IMG/VR virus record: IMGVR_UViG_3300032315_001657
Span: 1 to 64,000 of that record
DNA length: 64,000 nt
DNA from: a virus
Direction: 5' to 3' (one strand)
Under the pieces are notes generated by a model. The model ran no database searches and was not told where the DNA came from. It worked only from the letters and a program-made list of their open reading frames with translations. How positions within the stretch are numbered: position 1 is the stretch's first letter; every line of letters begins with the position of its first letter. The translations under genes and the position numbers were made by a program. This document shows, piece after piece, positions 23,739 to 33,558 of the stretch.

Positions 23739-24507
23739 TCGAATCACTTATTTCGATAAAGACCATACATATAAAATTGATGGTCAGCCTAGCGCAAGAG
23801 TTTCAGTAACTGGTCTTGTTGGGTCTGTTAAAGAGAAGTTTGACGAAAATAAATGGTCAGCAATTAAGGCTAAGGAGCATGGTATTACACCAGAAGAGAT
23901 GAGACTTGTCTGGAAAAAAAATAACCAGATGTCTACCTACCAAGGTTCTACTCTTCATAACTACATTGACAATTATTATCAGAATAAAGTAGTTCCGTAC
24001 AACCGCAATCTTGCTGAAGCTATTTTAGGGCAAACCTTGCATGAAATGATGCAAAAAAATCTTGTAGTCCTTGTTAAGCAGTTTAATAATTTTTACAATA
24101 CTACAAAAGATTATATTCTACCTATTAAGAACGAATTTGTGGTTGGAGATCTATCAAATACAAAAGTATGCGGTATGCTGGATATGCTCGCATACAATAC
24201 TGAAACAAATGCATTTGAAATTTACGACTTTAAAACTAATAAACGTTTTAGTTTAGAGTCAGAATACGAAAAAAAGCTCCTACCCCCTGTAGAGCATCTC
24301 GACGAATGTGAATTTAGTTCTTATAGCTTACAGCTATCTTTGTACAAAATATTCATAGAAAAGTATACTAGTATTAAGATCGGGGATATTAAAGTTATTT
24401 GGTTCTCGGTTAACAACGAAGACTATAAAATAGTGCCTTTGAAGTTTATGCCTGATGAATGTGCGGCAATAATGGAAAAGTTCCTAATTGAGCAGCGCGT
24501 TTTATAA
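23704..24507 (+). CDS. PD-(D/E)XK exonuclease (Cas4-like fold)
   Basis: SVT, GSTLH, E...CGMLDM, IYDFKT, Y.LQL..Y. Confidence 0.8.
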   Translation: MIEELKKLKVFDRITYFDKDHTYKIDGQPSARVSVTGLVGSVKEKFDENKWSAIKAKEHGITPEEMRLVWKKNNQMSTYQGSTLHNYIDNYYQNKVVPYNRNLAEAILGQTLHEMMQKNLVVLVKQFNNFYNTTKDYILPIKNEFVVGDLSNTKVCGMLDMLAYNTETNAFEIYDFKTNKRFSLESEYEKKLLPPVEHLDECEFSSYSLQLSLYKIFIEKYTSIKIGDIKVIWFSVNNEDYKIVPLKFMPDECAAIMEKFLIEQRVL

Positions 24508-24858
24508 TAGGCGGCTAAATAAAAGGTATACTGCTAAAGTTACAAGAAACACCACTGGGATATACAAAGCTGTTAAGAATAGACAAGCCCCTAAAATACT
24601 TAGCCATAGAGCTAAACAGAGCGGGCAAGTGATTAACTCTATTAAAAACATACAAGCATTACAATTAAAAAGTAAGTTACGCTTAACATAGAGATATTGA
24701 GGAAAAGTTAAACCGTCTGTATTAGTGTCATAACCAGCTAGTAGTTTTTTTAAACCTAATACCTTACAATACGCTGGAAAAGCTCCAGAATTAAACCAAA
24801 CTATCATAATAGTTACTAATAAAGCTATTACTTTAAGAAAAACTATTAAATCTACCAT
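24502..24858 (-). CDS. membrane protein with CxxC motif
   Basis: hydrophobic helices; LITCPLCLALW. Confidence 0.6.
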   Translation of the reverse strand: MVDLIVFLKVIALLVTIMIVWFNSGAFPAYCKVLGLKKLLAGYDTNTDGLTFPQYLYVKRNLLFNCNACMFLIELITCPLCLALWLSILGACLFLTALYIPVVFLVTLAVYLLFSRLL

Positions 24859-24878
24859 AAATATACTTATAAAGATAT

Positions 24879-25322
24879 ATGAAATTTGACACCCTTTACA
24901 GAAACGTATTTATCACTGAACAAGATGATTTATCTGTTCCTACTGATGAGCCCATGGATGGAGATATGACTGGAGAAGAGCCAGCACCAGAGCCTGCTGC
25001 TGACGGAGTGCCAATGCCTGATAATTTTGATGTAGACCCTGCGCCTGTAGCTTCACCAGCTGGCGATGCCGGAACTGTTAAGAATCATGTTATGAAGCTC
25101 GATCAATTTGCTGATGAATTGAACGGTATTGATACAGGTTCCCTTCAACAAATGGTAACAGACCTTGACAAACAAGGTTCATTATTTCAAGGAATTTCTC
25201 GAGAAACATCTTCAAAGATTATTAAACTCGCAGAACAAGCTAGAGAGTTATCAGAAATCTTTAAAGGTTTTATTATTAATTCAGCTAAACGTCAAAGAGA
25301 TATTGCTGCCGGCCAAGGTTAA
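24879..25322 (+). CDS. acidic hypothetical protein
   Basis: MKFDTLYRNVFITE, then Pro/acidic linker and helical C-terminus. Confidence 0.65.
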   Translation: MKFDTLYRNVFITEQDDLSVPTDEPMDGDMTGEEPAPEPAADGVPMPDNFDVDPAPVASPAGDAGTVKNHVMKLDQFADELNGIDTGSLQQMVTDLDKQGSLFQGISRETSSKIIKLAEQARELSEIFKGFIINSAKRQRDIAAGQG

Positions 25323-25336
25323 TATATAATATAGAG

Positions 25337-26341
25337 GTGGAAGGACTACCTCAAGATTATGTTATACAGGCTCTTTACTCTCACTGTAAAAGACCTGTAT
25401 ACAAAAAGTATCAAAGAGTTTACAACGCAGAGTGCTGTGTTTGCGGGGAAGGTCATTCTGCTGGTCGTAAGCGTCGTTTATTTTATTTTCCAGACGATCG
25501 GTATTTTTATTGTTTTAATTGTAGTAGGTCTTGGTCTGAGCTTAATTGGATTCATGAGATTTCTAAAAAACCTGTTCATGAAATTTTAAAAGAAACTAAA
25601 ATGTTTCATAGCAGTAAAGAGATTCAGACTAAAATTGCTAAACAAAACGAAGTCGTAAAAGTAGTTGATGTACCCGCGCTTCCTGATGACGCAATTGATA
25701 TATTTGATAGCAATCAGGTAGCCTTTCATAAAGAAGAAAAACTCGTTAAGAGTTCTATTGAATATGCCCAAAAAAGAAGACTCTTCACTGCTGTAAATAG
25801 ACCGAAATCTCTTTATGTATCTTTAAGGGATAAAGTGCATAAAAATCGACTTATTATACCCTTTTATGGGGAGTTAGGTAAAGTGGAGTCCTACCAGTCT
25901 CGGAGTTTAGATGGGGATGTATATCCGAAATATCTAACAAAGTACGGAGAGAAGAGTCTTTACGGTGAAAACAATATAGATAATGATATTCCTTATATCT
26001 TTATCTTTGAGGGTCCAATTGATGCTATGTTTGTTAAGAACGCTGTAGCTGTTGGCGGTGCTTCAATGACTGATAAACAAGAAGCCTTTATTAAGAAATG
26101 CGTCGATAAAGAAATTATCTACGTTTACGATAATGATAAGAACAATAAAGAGATGTCTAAGAAGATTAAGAATCTTATTAAACAAAATAAAAAACTTTTT
26201 GTATGGCCTAAAGAGTTTAAGAAGTTTAAAGATGTGAACGAGATTTGTTGTAACCTTTGCTTAGACGAATTACCTTACAAATTTATTGTACAGAACTCCT
26301 ATTCGGGAGTAGAAGCCTTAATGAAACAAAAGTCTACTTAA
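25337..26341 (+). CDS. DNA primase (T4 gp61-like), GTG start
   Basis: Zn finger CxxC...CFNC; RLIIPF, PKY, FEGPIDA, YDND TOPRIM, KDVN. Confidence 0.9.
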   Translation: MEGLPQDYVIQALYSHCKRPVYKKYQRVYNAECCVCGEGHSAGRKRRLFYFPDDRYFYCFNCSRSWSELNWIHEISKKPVHEILKETKMFHSSKEIQTKIAKQNEVVKVVDVPALPDDAIDIFDSNQVAFHKEEKLVKSSIEYAQKRRLFTAVNRPKSLYVSLRDKVHKNRLIIPFYGELGKVESYQSRSLDGDVYPKYLTKYGEKSLYGENNIDNDIPYIFIFEGPIDAMFVKNAVAVGGASMTDKQEAFIKKCVDKEIIYVYDNDKNNKEMSKKIKNLIKQNKKLFVWPKEFKKFKDVNEICCNLCLDELPYKFIVQNSYSGVEALMKQKST

Positions 26342-26573
26342 GATTGCTTACACAGAAGTTAACAGCTTTTAAAAACTTATCTTTATAATTACGGATAGGT
26401 TTAACTTCTATATCTGTCTCTGCTTCTTCAATCATTTGAAGTCTTGAAAACTCCTCTTTAAGAGACTTTAAAAATTTTTCAGAGAACTGAATTTGTTTCG
26501 GGTAACGAACCCTTGTAACAAACTTCATAGTTCTCGGAAAAAAACTTTCGCAAAGCTGATCAAACTTATTCAT
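26334..26573 (-). CDS. hypothetical protein
   Basis: MNKFDQLCE N-terminus; in a minus-strand run. Confidence 0.55.
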   Translation of the reverse strand: MNKFDQLCESFFPRTMKFVTRVRYPKQIQFSEKFLKSLKEEFSRLQMIEEAETDIEVKPIRNYKDKFLKAVNFCVSNLK

Positions 26574-26574
26574 A

Positions 26575-27105
26575 TTAACCGTAAAGTTTAGCGCCGCCGA
26601 ATGCTGCTAATGCACCTAAAGCTTGAGTTGCATAATCTAAACGACTTTTACCTGGTTCTTTTCCGAGAGCATTAGCTACTAGCCCGTTTGTTACTTCCCA
26701 TTGTTTTTTATTTGTATATTTAACAATAACATCTCTTTCTTGAGCGCCGTTTTTCTCCACACTTTTATTATTAAGAAAATCCCGTAAGTTTTTCGCTGGT
26801 TTCGGTGAAGCACTTTCCCATAAGTTTTTTAAAACATCTAAAATTAAAATATTTTTTCCTACTGCACGGGCATCTTGACCTGCAATATAACCTTTAGTAA
26901 CAATAGGGAATATTCTATTAATATCAGATTCTGTAACTTCCCCTAAACCGAGCTCTTTATGTTTTGCTAAAATATCTTTTAACCAATCTTGAGAATTCTG
27001 TTGTAATGCTGGTGACGGTAGAGGTGGTGCACCTGCAGGTGTAGCGACCGGTGTTGGTTTAGGCTGCTCTAAAACTAAATGTACTGTTTTTTCAAAATTA
27101 AACAT
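26575..27105 (-). CDS. hypothetical protein
   Basis: MFNFEKTVHLVLE and Pro-rich linker. Confidence 0.6.
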   Translation of the reverse strand: MFNFEKTVHLVLEQPKPTPVATPAGAPPLPSPALQQNSQDWLKDILAKHKELGLGEVTESDINRIFPIVTKGYIAGQDARAVGKNILILDVLKNLWESASPKPAKNLRDFLNNKSVEKNGAQERDVIVKYTNKKQWEVTNGLVANALGKEPGKSRLDYATQALGALAAFGGAKLYG

Positions 27106-27132
27106 AGTGATAGTATTATTATTTAATACAAA

Positions 27133-27765
27133 TCACATATTAGCTAGCAGAGAACCATCTTCTTCATGAAAGAACTTACCGGAAGGTTTAATATACATAG
27201 GTATCTGTTCAATACGTAGATCTGGAGGACCTTCAAGTGTAATAACAGCAGGACAATCTTCTCTTGGAAAGAAAATACCTTGATTCTTTTCATACGTACC
27301 GACAACAGCTCTAAAAAGATTGTCAATTTCTTGTCGATAAATAGGATCTAAAGCTCGGCCTTTTTTAGGTACTATTGTTATTTCCTCTCTTAACGGTATA
27401 TAAAATATAATATCAAACATTTTTATGGCTTGAAAAGCAATATGCTTAGTATCCATAATAAACTCATCAGATACTTTGCCCTTTTCATTAAGCCAAAGGG
27501 AATAAACAATGTTATCTATAACACAGCGATCAAATACTAAAAAGTCATCTCCTTTTGCAGTAGCATTTTGAGTATCATCTATAATTGCATTTAAAATAGC
27601 TTTTTGAGAATCAGCTGTACCCTCTTCGTTATTAGTTACCTTACCAGTCTTAATAAGTTTACGATAAGTCGACTTAACCTCTTTGTACATAGGCCATCTT
27701 TTAATAAATTCTTTAATTAGTGTACTCTTTCCGTTACACTGTGTACCCATAAATGCAATTTTCAT
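27133..27765 (-). CDS. P-loop nucleoside/nucleotide kinase (AAA_28-like)
   Basis: GTQCNGKST, FDRC..D...Y. Confidence 0.75.
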   Translation of the reverse strand: MKIAFMGTQCNGKSTLIKEFIKRWPMYKEVKSTYRKLIKTGKVTNNEEGTADSQKAILNAIIDDTQNATAKGDDFLVFDRCVIDNIVYSLWLNEKGKVSDEFIMDTKHIAFQAIKMFDIIFYIPLREEITIVPKKGRALDPIYRQEIDNLFRAVVGTYEKNQGIFFPREDCPAVITLEGPPDLRIEQIPMYIKPSGKFFHEEDGSLLANM

Positions 27766-27767
27766 AA

Positions 27768-28526
27768 TTATACCTTAAGGGCTTTATCCCAGATTACCAA
27801 CTGTAATCTTGGAGAAAAGTTTACATGCATAGCTTTAGCATATTCTGCTACAGCAGTACTTTTTTCAACGTGCTCTTCTCGAGAACCACAGCAGGGCATA
27901 AACCAAATACGGAATAAAGGTACGTTAATACCTAAATCATCATAAACATACTTACGCCAAATTTCTTCAATATCTTTATCAGAATTAATAACAAATTTAA
28001 ACCCTGAACCATTTGTAACATGCCATTTCAACACTTCAGGTTTATAAGTTTTCTCCTCCGGATCTCCGTTTGAAATAAGCTTAGGAGAGGTAGTAAAGGT
28101 TGCTTTAAACTCTTGCCGCCAACGAGGAGAGGGGGTTAAAGTAGCATTAGTTTCAAAGTCGATACGAGGTATAAAATGATACCTGTCTCTAAAAGCTTCA
28201 ATAAACTTTAGCAATTGCTTTTCCTGAATAAAGGGCTCTCCACCTGTAAGTTTAAGAATAGCATTATGGCGAAGATGTTCAATATAGTTATTATTCTCCA
28301 TTAACTCAAAGACCTCAGTAAAGGTCTTTTTATTCTTTACCGACCAAGATACAAATGAGTCACAACCATTAGGTGAATCCTCTGATGCAAAGCCAATACA
28401 AGTTAAATTACACATAGACATCCGCATAAAAACAGATGGCTGACCAATATATTCCCCTTCACCTTCAATGGTATAAAATACCAAATCGTCAGATAGAAAT
28501 AATGTTTCTTTATCGTTATCAATCAT
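27768..28526 (-). CDS. queE: 7-carboxy-7-deazaguanine synthase (radical SAM)
   Basis: FYTIEGEG..G..SVF.R...CNL.C...CDS, LTGGEP, ETN, SPK, SPRLQ..IW; near queD. Confidence 0.88.
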   Translation of the reverse strand: MIDNDKETLFLSDDLVFYTIEGEGEYIGQPSVFMRMSMCNLTCIGFASEDSPNGCDSFVSWSVKNKKTFTEVFELMENNNYIEHLRHNAILKLTGGEPFIQEKQLLKFIEAFRDRYHFIPRIDFETNATLTPSPRWRQEFKATFTTSPKLISNGDPEEKTYKPEVLKWHVTNGSGFKFVINSDKDIEEIWRKYVYDDLGINVPLFRIWFMPCCGSREEHVEKSTAVAEYAKAMHVNFSPRLQLVIWDKALKV

Positions 28527-28529
28527 AAA

Positions 28530-28736
28530 TTAACCTCCAATAATAAATTTAAAAAGTAAAGAACAGATTACAATAGCAATCCATCCAATAGGATTAAACA
28601 ATAATAGATAAAGTAAGGCAAAAATCAAGACAGATACTAAAGATAAAAATTCCCAAAAACCTATTTTACGATCTTTAAGCCATACTTGTTCAAATTTAGC
28701 TGTAATTACTTCAAGGTCTTTTTTCATAGATTGCAC
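28530..28736 (-). CDS. small membrane protein
   Basis: two hydrophobic segments. Confidence 0.5.
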   Translation of the reverse strand: MQSMKKDLEVITAKFEQVWLKDRKIGFWEFLSLVSVLIFALLYLLLFNPIGWIAIVICSLLFKFIIGG

Positions 28737-29157
28737 TATTTAGCTCATGTTCCCACACTTCAACTCTATTAAGCCAGCAACGACCTACAGACATATCTCT
28801 TATCATAGGATCAACAGTCTTAAAACACCATTCAGCCGTCTTTTCAATACCTACACCATCCATAACACGAAGCTGGCAACCTCCATTATCCGCTAATTGA
28901 ATAAAACTAGGTAGCAACGGATCATCTTGAGCAATACAAAGAGTGTGATCAAATTGATCCTGTAATAACCTTTTAACGTCTTTTAAGCCTCCAAAATTTA
29001 TAACCCAATTCTTATCATCTAATCCCTGACATCCAAACCAAAACTTAGCTTTAAGCTGATATCCATGTACATATTTACAATGAGTACCTTCAGCTCTCCA
29101 CTGCCTGAAGGCACAAGAGCCAAGTTCTATAATCTTAGTTGATTCAAATCTAACCAT
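28711..29157 (-). CDS. queD: 6-carboxytetrahydropterin synthase
   Basis: C...HGY, W..NFG.LK, FDH, E..A, V.E...N.A.Y. Confidence 0.88.
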   Translation of the reverse strand: MVRFESTKIIELGSCAFRQWRAEGTHCKYVHGYQLKAKFWFGCQGLDDKNWVINFGGLKDVKRLLQDQFDHTLCIAQDDPLLPSFIQLADNGGCQLRVMDGVGIEKTAEWCFKTVDPMIRDMSVGRCWLNRVEVWEHELNSAIYEKRP

Positions 29158-29158
29158 T

Positions 29159-29446
29159 TTAAGCTTGCTGTAAAGGTACTATATTAAGATCACCTCTAAA
29201 AAAGTTAAACACATCTTGTGTCCATTTATCTTCGTAATTTTCTTCTTCGTAAAAAACAATATGATTAAGTTTAGTAGAGCCATTTAATTGCTGTTTAAGC
29301 TTTTTAGATAGAGTAACCATTTTATTAATATCTCTTTCAGACCAATTTGCTCCAACATTAATGGATGATGCAAACAATAAAGCTTCGAGCAATGTATTAG
29401 CTTCCTCCTGTTTAAGATCTAAGGTTACGGTACTACTAGTTTTCAT
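29159..29446 (-). CDS. hypothetical protein
   Basis: 95-aa ORF at the head of the que operon, behind TTGAAA...TATAAT. Confidence 0.6.
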   Translation of the reverse strand: MKTSSTVTLDLKQEEANTLLEALLFASSINVGANWSERDINKMVTLSKKLKQQLNGSTKLNHIVFYEEENYEDKWTQDVFNFFRGDLNIVPLQQA

Positions 29447-29473
29447 ATAGAGGTATTATACTACCTCTGGAAC

Positions 29474-30088
29474 TTATTTCAACTTTTTATTAAACAAGTT
29501 ATAGATACCGTTATCAAATTTTCCGTAGAGGTCTACAATTATTTGTTTTCTTTCTGCCTCTGAAACATGTTTGTACATATCTCTAATTTGGGTAGCACTT
29601 GTTATATTTTTACCTAAAACTTTAAAAGGGAAAACAGGGGCAACAGTAATGTATCCCTTTTCCCCTAAAGGTAACATTTCGTTAGCATCTTGAAGTTTTT
29701 GAAAATAGCTTGGTGAACCGTCTTTTTTTGGTTTGTATGAAAATCTATCTATATCTTTTTCTGATACAGCATATATAAGTCTGTCTTTTAAGTCGTTATA
29801 TTTTAATGTAATTTCTTTTGCTACATAAGGAGACACAACCTGTACAATTTTATCAGCTGGTACACCGGCCTTGACTAAAGCTAACTTGCGCTCTTGAAAG
29901 CTAAAAGGAGATTTTTCATCAACTTTATTACTTGTAGCTACATACACATCTGCCCCTGGGTACTGCTCTACAAGAGAATTATAGACCTGAGCATGCCCTC
30001 TGTGGGCTGGTTGAAAGCGGCCAGGGTAAATTACAACTAGCTTGCCATTTCTAGTTTGTTCTGTAAAAAACTGATTAAATGCTATCAT
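29474..30088 (-). CDS. cytidylyltransferase-like nucleotidyltransferase (HxGH)
   Basis: YPGRFQPAHRGH, SAT.IR. Confidence 0.8.
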   Translation of the reverse strand: MIAFNQFFTEQTRNGKLVVIYPGRFQPAHRGHAQVYNSLVEQYPGADVYVATSNKVDEKSPFSFQERKLALVKAGVPADKIVQVVSPYVAKEITLKYNDLKDRLIYAVSEKDIDRFSYKPKKDGSPSYFQKLQDANEMLPLGEKGYITVAPVFPFKVLGKNITSATQIRDMYKHVSEAERKQIIVDLYGKFDNGIYNLFNKKLK

Positions 30089-31338
30089 TTAAATTTTTCC
30101 TCCCTTGAGATAGCAAAATTAGCCCGAGAAAACTCCAATCGATCTACAAGCTTTACCATATTACCAGATCTATCTACAGCTACAAAGCCCTCTCCGGGAG
30201 TAACCTTTAATGTACCATCAGGCTGAGTTAAAAATTGTTTTGTCTTGATAGCAGTACTATATTTGTTAAAGAAAATCTTTTTTATGTCTGCTATTTTTTT
30301 GGTAAGATTAAAAATATTAACAATAGACATTTTATTTGTATTAAAAAACTTTATAGCTTTATTTTTACCTTCAATTTTTTTTTGCTTACCTGCTTCAGAT
30401 TTTAATTTTTCAATTTCTTTATCTACCCGGCCATTATACCACTCTATAAACCCGTTAAACGTTTCTTCTGGATTTTCAACAAATTTACCTTGACGTATAA
30501 GGGTATTAATATAGGTATTTGCTAAAGTATAAAAATTATTAGGTAAACCGACCCAATCAGTTATACCCGCTATCTTCTGTATTGAATTCAGACCTTCAGA
30601 TACTGCTGTTTTTTCATCATCAGTTAATGTAACAGTGCCAGACATGTCTTTAAACTTTGCATCGTCAAACCATACATCAGGGGATTGACTAAACTCAGAA
30701 ACATTAACGTCAGCAGATTTAGAAAGCTGTTGTAAGTTAGGTCCTGTGTAGCGAGTATGAAACACAACACCAATTTGGGCTGTTTGTATTTTTTTACCTA
30801 ACTCAGAATCTACCTCTACAGCGTATGTAATTGTATTAGGTTTGAAGGTTATTAATTTTTCTCCTTGAAACTCTATTTGCTGCAATGTTGCCTTATCAAA
30901 CATGAAATCACCTTGATAAACATTGCTTTTAATAACTTTTGGTAAATAAAGTAGTGCTAACCTCATCTTTTCAACTAAGCCTGGTGCTTGGCTGTAGTTT
31001 TGCTGAATGTCTTGATTCGTGTAACATATCTTTGGTGTTTTGGCCGCAGCACTCTTTGTTGCAACAAAGAACTTGTTATTTTCAGGGTTATATCCACATA
31101 TTATAGCAGGGGCACCGTCATATTTGACTGTTGTAAAAACACCAGAATCCGCATTACCGTTAAATGTCTCGGTTAAAGCCTTAATAAACTCTACAGCAAT
31201 ATCTAGACCTGCTTTCTGTTGAGTTAAAATGTACTCTTCAAGATGGGTAAGATGCTTAATAATACCTTCTTGTTGCTCAATGACAAGATATTTACTAATA
31301 CTATCTTTATAAAAGCTATTGAAAGCTTGTTCAATCAT
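30085..31338 (-). CDS. conserved T4-like phage protein with ligase-type KxDG motif
   Basis: HLTHLEE, TVKYDGAPA, QGDFMF, GEGFV, KLVDRLEFS. Confidence 0.65.
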   Translation of the reverse strand: MIEQAFNSFYKDSISKYLVIEQQEGIIKHLTHLEEYILTQQKAGLDIAVEFIKALTETFNGNADSGVFTTVKYDGAPAIICGYNPENNKFFVATKSAAAKTPKICYTNQDIQQNYSQAPGLVEKMRLALLYLPKVIKSNVYQGDFMFDKATLQQIEFQGEKLITFKPNTITYAVEVDSELGKKIQTAQIGVVFHTRYTGPNLQQLSKSADVNVSEFSQSPDVWFDDAKFKDMSGTVTLTDDEKTAVSEGLNSIQKIAGITDWVGLPNNFYTLANTYINTLIRQGKFVENPEETFNGFIEWYNGRVDKEIEKLKSEAGKQKKIEGKNKAIKFFNTNKMSIVNIFNLTKKIADIKKIFFNKYSTAIKTKQFLTQPDGTLKVTPGEGFVAVDRSGNMVKLVDRLEFSRANFAISREEKFK

Positions 31339-31347
31339 AACGCTCTA

Positions 31348-31716
31348 TTATTTAAGCGTTAAGAGATAGCGTAGTCTATTAATAACAGCTAGAATTTCGT
31401 CTCTAATATTGAGACAATCAGTATCCTTTACAGGGTCGTGCATTTCATTGAATGGACCAGATAGGTAATCGTTTAACTGAATTAAAATATCCTCAAGATC
31501 TATTTCATCTTGATTAACTAAACCTAAATCAATAGGGGTTTCAAAGGTTAATCTTCCGTATTTGCCTTGATGAACTTCAACTAAACTATCAATTAATCCG
31601 TCAAGGCCTTCATACGCATTACCTAAAGCTTTATGAGCAGCATAAGAAAGAGTCTGCCAATGCAGTATTCTCAACTGATTCTGTATTTTAATTAAATTGA
31701 CAATTACTTTGTCCAT
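31348..31716 (-). CDS. Dps/ferritin-like four-helix protein
   Basis: LHWQT..YAAHKAL...Y......D..VE; RDE......YLL. Confidence 0.65.
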   Translation of the reverse strand: MDKVIVNLIKIQNQLRILHWQTLSYAAHKALGNAYEGLDGLIDSLVEVHQGKYGRLTFETPIDLGLVNQDEIDLEDILIQLNDYLSGPFNEMHDPVKDTDCLNIRDEILAVINRLRYLLTLK

Positions 31717-31964
31717 TAGACAGCTGGCTGTTGATTTGGAGCAGGTTGTTGCCCGGGTTTAGCAGCTTGTAATGCCTGCATTTTTTGTAAAGCTATTTGA
31801 ACCTGTTGTTCTGTTTTAGCAGCAATTAGCTCTTGTACTATTTTTGGATCCAATGGAAGCTGTTGAGCTGCAGCAGCGCTAGGCGCTGGTTTTGGTTGTG
31901 GCTGTCCAGGTGTAACGGGCAGCATTTCTTCTATTCTTTTATAAACGGCATCAAATTTACTCAT
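31716..31964 (-). CDS. Gln/Pro/Ala-rich hypothetical late protein
   Basis: TAAATA 6 nt upstream of the ATG. Confidence 0.55.
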   Translation of the reverse strand: MSKFDAVYKRIEEMLPVTPGQPQPKPAPSAAAAQQLPLDPKIVQELIAAKTEQQVQIALQKMQALQAAKPGQQPAPNQQPAV

Positions 31965-32036
31965 ATGTATTATTTAATCGGGAACAATATATTTCTAGAA
32001 TCTATTTGGCGAAGTCCCAATCTTCCATACATGCAC

Positions 32037-32525
32037 TTAAACATTATTTTCAGTTAAATCCACTGATCCTAAAGAAAAAGTTTTAGATTTTTTATTCTTC
32101 TTTTGAAAGCTGTAAAGGGCATTCTTATTCAGAAACTTTTGTAACTTAGAGCTCACCAGACGGTTTACATTGAGAGTTCGGGTTAATGCCATTTCTGTGT
32201 CGGGGGAGTCAAAGGAACTAACTTTAACCCAGGGTACAGGTAATACCTTCAAGATAGTTTCAAAGTGCTTGTCCGTAAAGCCTACACCTTTAGGCAAAGG
32301 ATGTATGACAAAAGCTTTTGGGTATTTTGAGCTGCATTTTTGATAACCGTAACAAAACTTTTCTAAGCAATAATGATAAAAGAATTTTTGTATATCTTTG
32401 TTTTTAAAACTATAAGGTATTTTATATTTCTTACAAAATGCATAAGACTCTTTAAGAGCTTCTATAAAATAAGGATAATAATCAATCCCACATACTCTTG
32501 ATTTAGGATATTCTATAAAATGCAT
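32037..32525 (-). CDS. hypothetical protein
   Basis: 162-aa ORF in an operon-like run. Confidence 0.6.
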   Translation of the reverse strand: MHFIEYPKSRVCGIDYYPYFIEALKESYAFCKKYKIPYSFKNKDIQKFFYHYCLEKFCYGYQKCSSKYPKAFVIHPLPKGVGFTDKHFETILKVLPVPWVKVSSFDSPDTEMALTRTLNVNRLVSSKLQKFLNKNALYSFQKKNKKSKTFSLGSVDLTENNV

Positions 32526-32527
32526 TA

Positions 32528-33136
32528 TTATAATAATGCTTGAACCTGCTCGATACTCAAGCCTTCTTTTAAAGCCTCTTCTGCTGTTTTGTAAAGTTCA
32601 GCAATAATATTATTAATTTTTTCTTCGTAACGTAAGACTGTTTTATGATTTTCTTTATTGTAGTTCAGTTTGGAGGCAGATTCAAGAACAGCAGTTTGAT
32701 TAATGAGGTCTAGCTTAGAACCTAAATACTTTTTAACTTTGAGAATAGTTTTTGTTTCTGGAGAATAAGCAGCTAGCTCTTGTTCAGTTACTGGCTCTTT
32801 AATCTTATCACCGTTACTGTTTATTATGCCTAGTTTGTAAGCTTCAAAATCTTTAAAGTTTTTGTTAAGGGAAGAGAGAAGAAATTTGTTTTTCATAGAT
32901 TCATTAAACATTTTATTATAATCAATACCATGAAGATGGATATCTGAAAATGGGTTTAACTTACAACCCTTACCATAAGAGGTAGAACCGCAATAAGAAC
33001 ACCTTTTAGGATCTTGAGGATGAAAGTGAACCCCCTTAGGCGCAAATCTACATCCCTTGCCGTAAGAGGTTGAATTGCAGTACAGACACCTTGAGACAGG
33101 CTTGAACACAGATACTTTTTCACTAACTGGAGTCAT
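32528..33136 (-). CDS. hypothetical protein with two tandem Cys/His repeats
   Basis: RC.YC.STSYGKGC...P...H.H twice; AYKLGII..NG. Confidence 0.65.
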   Translation of the reverse strand: MTPVSEKVSVFKPVSRCLYCNSTSYGKGCRFAPKGVHFHPQDPKRCSYCGSTSYGKGCKLNPFSDIHLHGIDYNKMFNESMKNKFLLSSLNKNFKDFEAYKLGIINSNGDKIKEPVTEQELAAYSPETKTILKVKKYLGSKLDLINQTAVLESASKLNYNKENHKTVLRYEEKINNIIAELYKTAEEALKEGLSIEQVQALL

Positions 33137-33142
33137 TGTGTA

Positions 33143-33556
33143 TTATTTAAGGAGGCTCTTAGGGGGAGTCCCTATGCGTACGTTGATTATTCCGTTGTAA
33201 TAGTCATCTCTTCGGAGAACGTCTCGTGCTATTTGTTCTTTAATTTCTTCATATCCGAGCTCCCATTTTGATCCGCATATTTTAAGAATACGAAATTCAA
33301 AATTATCTTTACCGTGCTTTTGAATATCTTCGTTTAAATCGTTAGAAGATGAAGTATAAGTCTTCCAATCTGATTCTTTATGATCAATTCTATTACGAGT
33401 CTTACCTTTAAGAGGTTTGCGTTTAATCTTACGTATACACTGCTTTTTACCAATATATTTTTTGCCGTTAACTTTGTTGGTTATTTCATAAATAAAACCA
33501 AACATGTTTTCAAAAATATAAACATCTTCATTTAGTAACCAATGCCCGGTATCCAT
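33143..33556 (-). CDS. GIY-YIG endonuclease
   Basis: GFIYEITN....KKYIGKK, W..Y.SS, E, YYN. Confidence 0.8.
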   Translation of the reverse strand: MDTGHWLLNEDVYIFENMFGFIYEITNKVNGKKYIGKKQCIRKIKRKPLKGKTRNRIDHKESDWKTYTSSSNDLNEDIQKHGKDNFEFRILKICGSKWELGYEEIKEQIARDVLRRDDYYNGIINVRIGTPPKSLLK

Positions 33557-33558
33557 TA

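Noticed and set aside
27768-28526. NrdG (anaerobic RNR activase) call for the radical SAM gene
   Set aside because: The EGEG/SPK/PRLQ motifs and linkage to queD favour QueE.
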